Origin: a virus
Virus genome (UHGV): UHGV-0150051
Reading direction: 5' to 3' (one strand)
DNA: 33,122 nt
How positions within the stretch are numbered: position 1 is the stretch's first letter; each line of letters opens with the position of its first letter. Below are positions 8,814 to 18,070 of the stretch, one piece after another. Below the pieces are notes generated by a model. It was not told where the DNA came from. It saw nothing but the letters and a program-made list of their open reading frames with translations, and did no database searches. Both the position numbers and the translations under genes were made by a program.

Positions 8814-8818
8814 GATGT

Positions 8819-9853
8819 TCAGCTGTTGTCAGTGTCCAGTGAGTAGTTTTTAAAGCGGATGACCTCCTGACCGAGCCAGCCGTTTATTTCCCGAATCCTG
8901 TCCTGTAACGGGATAAGCTCATTGCGGACAAAGACCTTTGCCACTTTCTCAATATCACCCAGCGACCCGACGTTCTCCGGCTTACCGCCCATCAACTGAA
9001 AGGGGATGCGGTGCGCGTCCAGCAGGTCAGCGGCGCTTGCTTTTTTGATATTAAAAAAATCGTCCTTCGTTGCCACTTCACTGAGCGGGATAATTTTAAT
9101 GCCGTCGGCTTTCCCCTGTGGGGCATAGAGAAACAGATTTTTAAAGTTGTTGCGGCCTTTCGACTTCACCATGTTTTCGCGGAGCATTTCGATATCGTTG
9201 CGATCCTGCACGGCATCGGTGACGTACATGATGTATCCAGCATGTGCGCCGTTTTCGTAATACTTGCGGCGGAACAGCGTGGCCGATTCATTCAGCCAGG
9301 CAGAGTTAAGGGCGCTGAGATATTCCGGCAGGCCGTACAGTTCCTGATTAATATCCGGCTCCAGCAGATGAAACACGGAGCCGGGCGCGAAAGGTGTCGG
9401 CTCGTTGAAGGACGGCACCCACCAGTAAACATCCTCCTCCACGCCACGGCGGGTATATTTTGCCGGTGAGGTTTCCAGTCTGATGACCTTACCGGTGGTG
9501 CTGTAACGCTTTTCCAGAAACGCATTACCGAAAACCAGAAAATCCAGCACAAAGCGGCTGAAATCCTGCTGGGAAAGCCACGGATGCGGGATAAACGTTG
9601 AAGCCAGAATATTACGTTTGACGTAAATCGGTGAGCTGTGATGTACGGCAGCACGCAGGCTTTTTGCCAGACCGGTAAAGCTGACCGGTGGCTCATACCA
9701 TCTGCCGTTACTGATGCACTCGACGTAATCCAGAATGTCACGGCGGTCGAGTACCGGCACCGGCTCACCAAAGGTGAATGCCTCCATTTTCGGGGCGCTG
9801 GCGGTCATTGTTTTCACCGCTGGCTGCGGTGTTTTCCCTTTTTTCTTGCTCAT
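8819..9853 (-). CDS. Q: Portal protein Q
   Basis: 344-aa ORF (P2 Q is 344 aa); adjacent to cos and to terminase P with a 1-nt overlap. Confidence 0.95.
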   Translation of the reverse strand: MSKKKGKTPQPAVKTMTASAPKMEAFTFGEPVPVLDRRDILDYVECISNGRWYEPPVSFTGLAKSLRAAVHHSSPIYVKRNILASTFIPHPWLSQQDFSRFVLDFLVFGNAFLEKRYSTTGKVIRLETSPAKYTRRGVEEDVYWWVPSFNEPTPFAPGSVFHLLEPDINQELYGLPEYLSALNSAWLNESATLFRRKYYENGAHAGYIMYVTDAVQDRNDIEMLRENMVKSKGRNNFKNLFLYAPQGKADGIKIIPLSEVATKDDFFNIKKASAADLLDAHRIPFQLMGGKPENVGSLGDIEKVAKVFVRNELIPLQDRIREINGWLGQEVIRFKNYSLDTDNS

Positions 9854-11625
9854 CAGTAAAACTCCAGAATGGTGGATGTCAGCGGGGTGCTGATACCGGC
9901 GGTGAGTGGCTCATTTAACAGGGCGTGCATGGTCGCCCAGGCGAGGTCGGCGTGGCTGGCTTCCTCGCTGCGGCTGGCCTCATAGGTGGCGCTGCGTCCG
10001 CTGCTGGTCATGGTCTTGCGGATAGCCATAAACGAGCTGGTGATGTCGGTGGCGCTGACGTCGTATTCCAGACAGCCACGGCGGATAACGTCTTTTGCCT
10101 TGAGCACCATTGCGGTTTTCATTTCCGGCGTGTAGCGGATATCGCGCGCGGCGGGATAGAACGAGCGAACGAGCTGGAACACGCCGACACCGAGGCCGGT
10201 GGCATCAATTCCGATGTATTCGACGTTGTATTTTTCGGTGAGTTTGCGGATGGATTCAGCCTGAGTGGCAAAGTCCATGCCTTTCCACTGGTGACGCTCA
10301 AGTATTCTGAATTTGCCACCGGCCACCACCGGCGGTGCCAGCACCACGCATCCGGCACTGTCGCCACGGTGTGACGGGTCGTAACCAATCCATACCGGGC
10401 GGGAGCCGAACGGATTGGCGGCAAACGGCGCATAGTCTTCCCATTCTTCCAGCGTGTCGACCATGCAGCGTTGCAGCTCCTCGAACGGGAACACCGACGC
10501 CTTGTCGTCAACAAATTCACACATGAACAGGTTTTTAAAATCGTCGGCGCTGTTTTCACGTTTGAGCTGCTCAATGTCGAACAGCGTGCAGCCGCCTTTC
10601 AGCGCGTCCTCAATGGTGACAATCTGCCGCCACTGGCCGTCCGCACAGAGAAGACCTCCGGCAAGGGCGTTATGACTGACGTCGATTTCCACGCGTTCGG
10701 CGGCGCTGGCGCGACCCCGGTTGAACAGTTCACCCGACCAGAACGGGTAGGCGTCGTGCGCCAGCGTGGACGGGGTGGAGAAATAGGTCGAGCGCAGGTG
10801 ACTCTGTGAGGCCATACCTGATGCCACCTTACGCAGTACCTGAAAATTCGGGATCCAGAAAATCTCATCGACGTACAGGTCGCCGTTATGGCTCTGTGCG
10901 GTGTTGGAGTTGGTGCCGAGAAAAATCAGTTTTGCGCTGTTATTGCCCAGGACAATCGGGTCACCGGTCAGGTCAACGTCAACCAGCCGGGCAAAGGCGA
11001 TGATGTATTCGCGGAACACATACGCCTGCGTTTTACTGGCCGACAGAAAAATCTGGTTATGACCGGTTTTCAGGGCGCGCAGCAGCGCCTCGCGGGAAAA
11101 ATAAAACGTCGCGCCAATCTGGCGGGATTTCAGGATATCGCGGATGCGGTGCTCAAGCCCGGCGCGATACCAGTGCAACTGATATTCGAAAGACTGCTCA
11201 AAGAAAATCTGCTCCAGCTTTTCGATGGCCTCGTCACTGAAAAAATTCTTTTTCGGTTTGCGACGCCCGCCTTTGTTGCGGTTAGCGACGTTCGGATTAA
11301 GGTCTGCCTCGTTGCCGGTCTGACTGTAACGGTTGACCCGTGCCAGTCGTTCAATCTGGCGTCCGAGCAGGTCAATTTCCTTGAAGTCACCGCCGGTTTT
11401 CTGCGGTTTGATGATGAGCTGGGTCAGCCGCGCTTCCAGACTCATTTCGACACGGCTGATGGGGGCAACGCTGTCCCAGCCGTCGCGCTGTTTCCAGCTC
11501 TGCACCGTCGGGCGTTTCATCTGCAACATGGCGGCAATCTGCGGCACGGAAAATCCCTGCCAGTACAGCAGCGCCGCCTGACGACGCGGGTCGTGTAAAA
11601 GAGTGGTGTCTGTGGTGATGGTCAT
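9853..11625 (-). CDS. P: Terminase large subunit P (ATPase)
   Basis: Long ORF; start set at the internal ATG 11625 (MTITTDTTLLHDP...), about 590 aa, the P2 P length as I recall it. Confidence 0.92.
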   Translation of the reverse strand: MTITTDTTLLHDPRRQAALLYWQGFSVPQIAAMLQMKRPTVQSWKQRDGWDSVAPISRVEMSLEARLTQLIIKPQKTGGDFKEIDLLGRQIERLARVNRYSQTGNEADLNPNVANRNKGGRRKPKKNFFSDEAIEKLEQIFFEQSFEYQLHWYRAGLEHRIRDILKSRQIGATFYFSREALLRALKTGHNQIFLSASKTQAYVFREYIIAFARLVDVDLTGDPIVLGNNSAKLIFLGTNSNTAQSHNGDLYVDEIFWIPNFQVLRKVASGMASQSHLRSTYFSTPSTLAHDAYPFWSGELFNRGRASAAERVEIDVSHNALAGGLLCADGQWRQIVTIEDALKGGCTLFDIEQLKRENSADDFKNLFMCEFVDDKASVFPFEELQRCMVDTLEEWEDYAPFAANPFGSRPVWIGYDPSHRGDSAGCVVLAPPVVAGGKFRILERHQWKGMDFATQAESIRKLTEKYNVEYIGIDATGLGVGVFQLVRSFYPAARDIRYTPEMKTAMVLKAKDVIRRGCLEYDVSATDITSSFMAIRKTMTSSGRSATYEASRSEEASHADLAWATMHALLNEPLTAGISTPLTSTILEFY

Positions 11626-11798
11626 GAATACCTCGCCGTGATGAATACACGGCAAGGCTACTGAGTCGCGCCCCGCGATTCGCTAAGGTGCTGTTGTGTC
11701 AGTGATAAGCCATCCGGGACTGATGGCGGAGGATGCGCATCGTCGGGAAACTGATGCCGACATGTGACTCCTCTAATCACTATTCAGGACTCCTGACA
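11626..11798 (+). promoter_or_regulatory. Divergent late promoter region between P and O
   Basis: Intergenic region between divergently transcribed late operons; contains the inverted repeat CCGTG-N7-CACGG at 11634-11650. Individual promoter elements not resolved. Confidence 0.4.
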
Positions 11799-12653
11799 AT
11801 GGCAAAAAAAGTCTCAAAATTCTTTCGTATCGGCGTTGAGGGTGACACCTGTGACGGGCGTGTCATCAGTGCGCAGGATATTCAGGAAATGGCCGAAACC
11901 TTTGACCCGCGTGTCTATGGTTGCCGCATTAACCTGGAACATCTGCGCGGCATCCTGCCTGACGGTATTTTTAAACGTTATGGCGATGTGGCCGAACTGA
12001 AGGCCGAAAAGATTGACGATGATTCGGCGCTGAAAGGCAAATGGGCGCTGTTTGCGAAAATCACCCCGACCGATGACCTTATCGCGATGAACAAGGCCGC
12101 GCAGAAGGTCTATACCTCAATGGAAATTCAGCCGAACTTTGCCAATACCGGCAAATGTTATCTGGTGGGTCTGGCCGTCACCGATGACCCGGCAAGCCTC
12201 GGCACGGAATACCTGGAATTCTGCCGCACGGCAAAACACAACCCTCTGAACCGCTTCAAATTAAGCCCTGAAAACCTGATTTCAGTGGCAACGCCTGTTG
12301 AGCTGGAATTTGAAGACCTGCCTGAAACCGTGTTCACCGCCCTGACCGAAAAGGTGAAATCCATTTTTGGCCGCAAACAGGCCAGCGATGACGCCCGTCT
12401 GAATGACGTGCATGAAGCGGTGACCGCTGTCGCTGAGCATGTGCAGGAAAAACTGAGCGCCACTGAGCAGCGCCTTGCTGAGATGGAAACCGCCTTTTCG
12501 GCACTTAAGCAGGATGTGACTGACAGGGCGGATGAAACCAGTCAGGCATTCACCCGCCTGAAAAACAGTCTCGACCACACCGAAAGTCTGACCCAGCAGC
12601 GCCGCAGCAAAGCCACCGGCGGTGGCGGTGACGCCCTGATGACGAACTGCTGA
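11799..12653 (+). CDS. O: Capsid scaffolding protein O
   Basis: Start at ATG 11799 (MAKKVSKFFRIG...), 284 aa, matching P2 O; the upstream in-frame extension in the ORF track is rejected. Confidence 0.92.
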   Translation: MAKKVSKFFRIGVEGDTCDGRVISAQDIQEMAETFDPRVYGCRINLEHLRGILPDGIFKRYGDVAELKAEKIDDDSALKGKWALFAKITPTDDLIAMNKAAQKVYTSMEIQPNFANTGKCYLVGLAVTDDPASLGTEYLEFCRTAKHNPLNRFKLSPENLISVATPVELEFEDLPETVFTALTEKVKSIFGRKQASDDARLNDVHEAVTAVAEHVQEKLSATEQRLAEMETAFSALKQDVTDRADETSQAFTRLKNSLDHTESLTQQRRSKATGGGGDALMTNC

Positions 12654-12711
12654 CCGGCGTCAGTCAGTCCGGGAAAACCTTCACGATTAACCCTTAATTT
12701 CAGGAAAAACT

Positions 12712-13785
12712 ATGCGCCAGGAAACCCGCTTTAAATTTAATGCCTACCTGTCCCGTGTTGCCGAACTGAACGGCATCGACGCCGGTGATGTGTCGAAAAA
12801 ATTCACCGTTGAACCGTCGGTCACCCAGACCCTGATGAACACCATGCAGGAGTCCTCTGACTTTCTGACCCGCATCAACATTGTGCCGGTCAGCGAAATG
12901 AAAGGGGAAAAAATTGGTATTGGTGTCACCGGCTCCATCGCCAGCACCACCGACACCGCCGGTGGCACCGAGCGTCAGCCGAAGGACTTCTCGAAGCTGG
13001 CGTCAAACAAGTACGAATGCGACCGGATTAACTTCGATTTTTATATCCGCTACAAAACGCTGGACCTGTGGGCGCGTTATCAGGATTTCCAGCTCCGTGT
13101 CCGTAACGCCATTATCAAACGCCAGTCCCTTGATTTAATCATGGCCGGTTTTAACGGCGTGAGGCGTGCCGAAACCTCTGACCGCAGCAGCAATCCGATG
13201 CTGCAGGATGTGGCGGTCGGCTGGCTGCAGAAATACCGCAATGAAGCCCCGGCGCGCGTGATGAGCAAGGTCACTGACGAGGAAGGGCACACCACCTCTG
13301 AGGTCATCCGCGTGGGTAAGGGCGGTGATTATGCCAGCCTTGATGCACTGGTGATGGATGCGACCAACAACCTGATTGAGCCGTGGTATCAGGAAGACCC
13401 TGACCTTGTGGTGATTGTGGGACGTCAGCTACTGGCGGACAAGTATTTTCCCATCGTCAACAAGGAGCAGGACAACAGCGAAATGCTGGCCGCTGACGTC
13501 ATCATCAGCCAGAAACGCATCGGCAACCTGCCAGCGGTACGCGTCCCGTACTTCCCGGCGGATGCGATGCTCATCACAAAGCTGGAAAACCTGTCCATCT
13601 ACTACATGGATGACAGCCATCGCCGCGTGATTGAGGAAAACCCGAAACTCGACCGCGTGGAGAACTACGAGTCAATGAACATTGATTACGTGGTGGAAGA
13701 CTACGCCGCCGGTTGTCTGGTGGAAAAAATTAAGGTCGGTGATTTCTCCACACTGGCTAAAGCGACCGCAGAGCCGGGAGCGTAA
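12712..13785 (+). CDS. N: Major capsid protein N
   Basis: 357-aa ORF (P2 N is 357 aa), between O and M. Confidence 0.95.
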   Translation: MRQETRFKFNAYLSRVAELNGIDAGDVSKKFTVEPSVTQTLMNTMQESSDFLTRINIVPVSEMKGEKIGIGVTGSIASTTDTAGGTERQPKDFSKLASNKYECDRINFDFYIRYKTLDLWARYQDFQLRVRNAIIKRQSLDLIMAGFNGVRRAETSDRSSNPMLQDVAVGWLQKYRNEAPARVMSKVTDEEGHTTSEVIRVGKGGDYASLDALVMDATNNLIEPWYQEDPDLVVIVGRQLLADKYFPIVNKEQDNSEMLAADVIISQKRIGNLPAVRVPYFPADAMLITKLENLSIYYMDDSHRRVIEENPKLDRVENYESMNIDYVVEDYAAGCLVEKIKVGDFSTLAKATAEPGA

Positions 13786-13788
13786 CCG

Positions 13789-14532
13789 ATGACGAGTCCC
13801 GCACAGCGCCACATGATGCGGGTCTCGGCAGCGATGACCGCGCAGCGGGAAGCCGCCCCGCTGCGACATGCAACTGTCTATGAGCAGATGCTGGTTAAGC
13901 TCGCCGCAGACCAGCGCACACTGAAAGCGATTTATTCAAAAGAGCTGAAGGCCGCGAAAAAACGCGAACTGCTGCCGTTCTGGTTGCCGTGGGTGAACGG
14001 CGTGCTGGAGCAGGGCAAAGGTGCACAGGATGACATTCTGATGACGGTCATGCTGTGGCGTCTGGATACCGGCGATATTGCCGGTGCGCTGGAGATTGCC
14101 CGTTATGCCCTGAAGTACGGTCTGACCATGCCGGGTAAACACCGCCGCACCCCGCCGTACATGTTCACCGAGGAGGTGGCGCTCGCGGCCATGCGTGCTC
14201 ACGCTGCCGGTGAGTCTGTGGATACCCGCCTGCTGACGGAGACCCTCGAACTGACCGCCACGGCTGACATGCCTGATGAAGTGCGCGCAAAGCTGCACAA
14301 AATCACCGGTCTGTTTCTGCGTGACGCTGGTGATGCCGCAGGTGCGCTGGCGCACCTGCAACGTGCGACACAGCTCGACTGTCAGGCAGGCGTCAAAAAA
14401 GAGATTGAACGACTGGAGCGGGAGCTGAAACCGAAGCCGGAGCCGCAGCCAAAAGCGGTCACCCGCGCCCCGCGTAAGACCCGGAGCGTGACCCCGGCAA
14501 AACGTGGACGCCCGAAAAAGAAAGCCAGTTAA
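13789..14532 (+). CDS. M: Terminase small (endonuclease) subunit M
   Basis: 247-aa ORF (P2 M is 247 aa) with a basic K/R-rich C-terminal tail. Confidence 0.92.
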   Translation: MTSPAQRHMMRVSAAMTAQREAAPLRHATVYEQMLVKLAADQRTLKAIYSKELKAAKKRELLPFWLPWVNGVLEQGKGAQDDILMTVMLWRLDTGDIAGALEIARYALKYGLTMPGKHRRTPPYMFTEEVALAAMRAHAAGESVDTRLLTETLELTATADMPDEVRAKLHKITGLFLRDAGDAAGALAHLQRATQLDCQAGVKKEIERLERELKPKPEPQPKAVTRAPRKTRSVTPAKRGRPKKKAS

Positions 14533-14631
14533 CAACCGAATGCGCCCCGCGCCAGGGCGGCACGCCGGTCAGTGACGGTGAATCACCTGACACTGCACCG
14601 GCGTCCACCGCCCGACTTTTCAGAGGTAGTC

Positions 14632-15141
14632 ATGATGACGCTGATTATTCCGCGAAAGGAGGCTCCCGTGTCCGGTGAGGGTACGGTGGTCATCCCGCAA
14701 CCGGCAGGCGACGAGCCGGTGATTAAAAACACGTTCTTTTTTCCCGATATCGACCCGAAGCGTGTCCGGGAACGTATGCGCCTTGAGCAGACCGTCGCCC
14801 CCGCCCGTCTGCGTGAGGCCATCAAGTCAGGCATGGCGGAGATGAATGCGGAGCTGTACGAGTACCGCGAACAGAAAATTGCCGCCGGTTTTACGCGTCT
14901 GGCGGACGTCCCGGCGGACGACATCGACGGTGAAAGCATCAAAGTTTTTTACTACGAGCGCGCCGTGTGTGCGATGGCGACCGCATCGCTTTATGAGCGT
15001 TATCGCGGCGTGGATGCCAGTGCCAAGGGCGACAAGAAGGCCGACAGCATTGACAGCACCATTGATGAACTGTGGCGGGATATGCGCTGGGCGGTGGCAC
15101 GTATCCAGGACAAGCCGCGCTGCATCGTGAGTCAAATCTGA
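14632..15141 (+). CDS. L: Head completion protein L
   Basis: Start at ATG 14632 (MMTLIIPRKEAP...), 169 aa, matching P2 L; the ORF-track start at 14572 is a spurious extension. Confidence 0.9.
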   Translation: MMTLIIPRKEAPVSGEGTVVIPQPAGDEPVIKNTFFFPDIDPKRVRERMRLEQTVAPARLREAIKSGMAEMNAELYEYREQKIAAGFTRLADVPADDIDGESIKVFYYERAVCAMATASLYERYRGVDASAKGDKKADSIDSTIDELWRDMRWAVARIQDKPRCIVSQI

Positions 15142-15344
15142 TGAAGACCTTTGCGCTACAGGGCGACACGCTCGACGCCATTTGTGTCCGGTATTACGGG
15201 CGCACTGAGGGCGTGGTTGAGACCGTGCTCGCCGCAAATCCGGGACTGGCTGAACTGGGTGCGATGCTGCCGCACGGCACCGCCGTCGAACTGCCCGACG
15301 TTCAGACCGCGCCCGTGGCTGAAACTGTCAATCTGTGGGAGTAA
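15141..15344 (+). CDS. X: Tail protein X (LysM-like)
   Basis: ATG at 15141 overlaps the L stop (tgATG); 67 aa (MKTFALQGDTLDAICVRYYG...), LysM-like; the ORF-track 90-aa version is an upstream extension. Confidence 0.88.
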   Translation: MKTFALQGDTLDAICVRYYGRTEGVVETVLAANPGLAELGAMLPHGTAVELPDVQTAPVAETVNLWE

Positions 15345-15347
15345 CGC

Positions 15348-15629
15348 ATGACAGCAGAAGAAAAAAGCGTTCTGTCGCTTTTCATGATTGGAGTGCTGAT
15401 TGTTGTCGGCAAGGTGCTTGCCGGTGGTGAACCCATCACCCCGCGTCTGTTTATCGGGCGCATGTTGCTCGGTGGTTTTGTCTCGATGGTTGCCGGTGTT
15501 GTTCTGGTGCAGTTTCCTGACCTGTCACTGCCTGCGGTGTGCGGCATCGGCTCCATGCTGGGTATCGCCGGTTATCAGGTGATTGAGATTGCCATTCAGC
15601 GCCGCTTTAAGGGCAGGGGGAAACAGTAA
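15348..15629 (+). CDS. Y: Holin Y
   Basis: 93-aa hydrophobic ORF with transmembrane segments, immediately upstream of the endolysin. Confidence 0.9.
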   Translation: MTAEEKSVLSLFMIGVLIVVGKVLAGGEPITPRLFIGRMLLGGFVSMVAGVVLVQFPDLSLPAVCGIGSMLGIAGYQVIEIAIQRRFKGRGKQ

Positions 15630-16126
15630 TGCCGGTAATGAACACGCATCAGAATATCGCCGCCTTTCTCGACATGCTGGCCGTGTCCGAAGGGACGGCG
15701 AATCATCCACTGACGAAAAACCGGGGCTATGACGTGATAGTCACCGGACTGGACGGAAAGCCGGAAATTTTCACCGACTACAGTGACCACCCGTTCGCGC
15801 ATGGCCGACCGGCGAAGGTGTTTAACCGTCGTGGTGAAAAATCCACGGCCTCCGGTCGCTATCAGCAGCTTTACCTGTTCTGGCCGCATTACCGCAAACA
15901 GCTTGCCCTGCCGGATTTCAGTCCGTTGTCACAGGACAGACTTGCCATTCAGTTGATCCGCGAACGCGGTGCACTGGATGACATCCGGGCGGGACGCATT
16001 GAGCGCGCCATTTCACGCTGTCGCAATATCTGGGCGTCCCTGCCGGGTGCCGGTTACGGTCAGCGTGAGCATTCACTGGAAAAACTGGTCACCGTCTGGC
16101 GTACCGCTGGCGGCGTACCGGCTTAA
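15629..16126 (+). CDS. K: Endolysin K (lambda R-like lytic transglycosylase)
   Basis: 165-aa ORF; the AFLDMLA.SEGT ... GYDVIV ... FTDYSDHP ... NIWASLPGAGYGQ pattern resembles lambda R endolysin from memory. Confidence 0.92.
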   Translation: MPVMNTHQNIAAFLDMLAVSEGTANHPLTKNRGYDVIVTGLDGKPEIFTDYSDHPFAHGRPAKVFNRRGEKSTASGRYQQLYLFWPHYRKQLALPDFSPLSQDRLAIQLIRERGALDDIRAGRIERAISRCRNIWASLPGAGYGQREHSLEKLVTVWRTAGGVPA

Positions 16127-16140
16127 ACGGAGTAAACACC

Positions 16141-16566
16141 ATGAAGAAATTATCCCTTTCACTGATGCTGAATGTGTCGCTGGCGCTGATGCTGGCACTG
16201 TCCCTGATTTACCCGCAGAGCGTGGCCGTCAATTTTGTCGCCGCCTGGGCGATTCTGGCGACGGTTATCTGTGTGGTTGCCGGTGGTGTCGGCGTGTATG
16301 CCACTGAGTATGTGCTAGAACGCTACGGGCGGGAGCTGCCACCGGAATCGCTGGCCGTGAAGATTGTCACGTCGCTGTTTTTGCAGCCGGTGCCGTGGCG
16401 CAGACGGGCGGCGGCTCTGGTAGTGATGGTGGCGACGTTTATCTCGCTGGTCGCTGCCGGGTGGATTTTTACCGCGCTGATTTACCTCGTGGCGTCGGTG
16501 TTCTTCCGGCTGATACGTACGGCCTGTCGTCAGCGTTTTGAGGGGCGGGAACCATGTCAAAGCTGA
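16141..16566 (+). CDS. lysA: Lysis timing protein LysA (membrane)
   Basis: 141-aa ORF with several hydrophobic segments, following K as in P2. Confidence 0.85.
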   Translation: MKKLSLSLMLNVSLALMLALSLIYPQSVAVNFVAAWAILATVICVVAGGVGVYATEYVLERYGRELPPESLAVKIVTSLFLQPVPWRRRAAALVVMVATFISLVAAGWIFTALIYLVASVFFRLIRTACRQRFEGREPCQS

Positions 16567-16979
16567 TGATTGTGCTGGTTGTGTTGTTATCACTGGCGGT
16601 GGCCGGTCTGTTTCTGGCGAAGCATGAAAACGCCAGCCTGCGCACCTCGCTGGACAGGGCGAACAACGTCGCCAACGGGCAGCAGACGACCATCACCATG
16701 CTGAAAAATCAGCTTCATGTTGCCCTCACCAGGGCAGACAAAAACGAGCTGGCGCAGGTGGCACTGCGTCAGGAACTGGAGAACGCGGCGAAGCGTGAAG
16801 CACAGCGCGAGAAAACCATCACGAGGTTACTGAATGAAAACGAAGATTTTCGCCGCTGGTACGGCGCTGGCCTGCCTGATGCTGTGCGCCGGTTGCACCA
16901 GCGCCCGGCCTGCACCGACGCCAGTGATTGTCGCCAACGCCTGCCCGAAAGTGAGCCTTTGCCCGATGCCGGGCAGTGA
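16554..16979 (+). CDS. lysB: Rz-like spanin LysB
   Basis: 141-aa ORF with N-terminal TM (MSKLMIVLVVLLSLAVAGLFLA) and a coiled-coil periplasmic part. Confidence 0.85.
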   Translation: MSKLMIVLVVLLSLAVAGLFLAKHENASLRTSLDRANNVANGQQTTITMLKNQLHVALTRADKNELAQVALRQELENAAKREAQREKTITRLLNENEDFRRWYGAGLPDAVRRLHQRPACTDASDCRQRLPESEPLPDAGQ

Positions 16980-17124
16980 CCCGGAGATGAACGGCGATTT
17001 AAGTGCCGATATCCGACAGCTTGAGAACGCGCTGGCACGCTGTGCCAGCCAGGTAAAAATGATTAAACACTGTCAGGACGAAAACGATGCTCAAACCCGA
17101 CAGCCTGCGCAGGGCGCTGACTGA
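16834..17124 (+). CDS. lysC: Rz1-like outer-membrane lipoprotein spanin LysC (starts inside lysB in another frame)
   Basis: 96-aa ORF whose start is embedded in lysB; signal peptide with lipobox LCAGC. Confidence 0.75.
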   Translation: MKTKIFAAGTALACLMLCAGCTSARPAPTPVIVANACPKVSLCPMPGSDPEMNGDLSADIRQLENALARCASQVKMIKHCQDENDAQTRQPAQGAD

Positions 17125-17554
17125 TGCCGTCACGGTGCTGAAAACCAGTCCCGAGATGCTGCGGATATTCGTTGATAACGGGAGTATTGCCTCCACGCTG
17201 GCGACGTCGTTGTCATTCGAAAAGCGTTACACGCTCAATGTGATTGTGACCGACTTTACCGGTGATTTTGACCTGCTCATCGTGCCGGTGCTGGCGTGGC
17301 TGCGGGAAAATCAGCCCGACATCATGACCACCGACGCAGGCCAGAAAAAGGGCTTCACGTTTTATGCAGACATCAACAATGACAGCAGCTTTGATATCAG
17401 CATCAGCCTGATGCTGACCGAGCGCACGCTGGTCAGTGAGGTGGACGGCGCACTGCATGTGAAGAATATCCCGGAACCCACGCCGCCGGAGCCGGTCACC
17501 CGCCCGGTGGAGCTTTATATCAATGGCGAACTGGTGAGCAAGTGGGATGAATGA
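17087..17554 (+). CDS. R: Tail completion protein R
   Basis: 155-aa ORF (P2 R is 155 aa), synteny. Confidence 0.9.
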   Translation: MLKPDSLRRALTDAVTVLKTSPEMLRIFVDNGSIASTLATSLSFEKRYTLNVIVTDFTGDFDLLIVPVLAWLRENQPDIMTTDAGQKKGFTFYADINNDSSFDISISLMLTERTLVSEVDGALHVKNIPEPTPPEPVTRPVELYINGELVSKWDE

Positions 17555-17999
17555 GTTTAAGCGTTTTGAAGACCGGCTGACCGGACTGATTGAATCGCTG
17601 TCACCGTCAGGGCGTCGGCGACTGAGCGCCGAACTGGCGAAACGTCTGCGGCAGAGTCAGCAGCGCCGGGTGATGGCACAGAAAGCCCCGGACGGCACAC
17701 CCTACGCGCCACGCCAGCAGCAGAGCGCCAGAAAAAAGACCGGTCGCGTTAAGCGAAAAATGTTTGCGAAACTTATCACCAGTCGTTTTTTGCATATTCG
17801 CGCCAGCCCGGAACAGGCATCAATGGAGTTTTACGGCGGGAAGTCACCGAAAATCGCCAGTGTGCATCAGTTCGGTCTGTCGGAAGAAACCCGGAAAGAC
17901 GGTAAGAAAATTGATTATCCGGCGCGTCCTCTGCTCGGCTTTACCGGTGAGGATGTGCAGATGATTGAAGAGATTATCCTGGCTCACCTTGAGCGTTAG
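17547..17999 (+). CDS. S: Tail completion protein S
   Basis: 150-aa ORF (P2 S is 150 aa), synteny. Confidence 0.9.
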   Translation: MNEFKRFEDRLTGLIESLSPSGRRRLSAELAKRLRQSQQRRVMAQKAPDGTPYAPRQQQSARKKTGRVKRKMFAKLITSRFLHIRASPEQASMEFYGGKSPKIASVHQFGLSEETRKDGKKIDYPARPLLGFTGEDVQMIEEIILAHLER

Positions 18000-18032
18000 T
18001 TTTATCCAGGCAGAGGCTGATGCGCAATTAAA

Positions 18033-18064
18033 CATTGAGCGGCCATGCTGGTCGCTCAATGTTT
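18033..18064. terminator. Candidate bidirectional terminator between S and the convergent cargo gene
   Basis: 9-bp perfect inverted repeat cattgagcg ... cgctcaatg (18033-18041 / 18053-18061) with T-rich flanks on both strands, between two convergent stop codons. Confidence 0.45.
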
Positions 18065-18070
18065 AGAGGC

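Noticed and set aside
10888-11598. 236-aa ORF on the plus strand inside the terminase P gene
   Set aside because: Entirely antisense to a well-supported 590-aa terminase gene; the Arg/Gly/Gln-rich composition is typical of a GC-rich antisense frame, and there is no RBS context. The same applies to the other long antisense ORFs (9011-9469, 9292-9771, 10119-10574, 13936-14535, 14583-15237, 20443-21054, 20858-21487, 21489-22100, 22533-22955, 23626-24033, 26997-27443, 28494-28892, 29981-30415, 30449-31138, 31956-32528).
11733-11798. N-terminal extensions of O (11733), L (14572) and X (15072) in the ORF track
   Set aside because: Internal ATGs give products matching the expected P2 protein lengths (284, 169, 67 aa) and start cleanly after the upstream stop codons; the extensions run into intergenic or upstream coding sequence.
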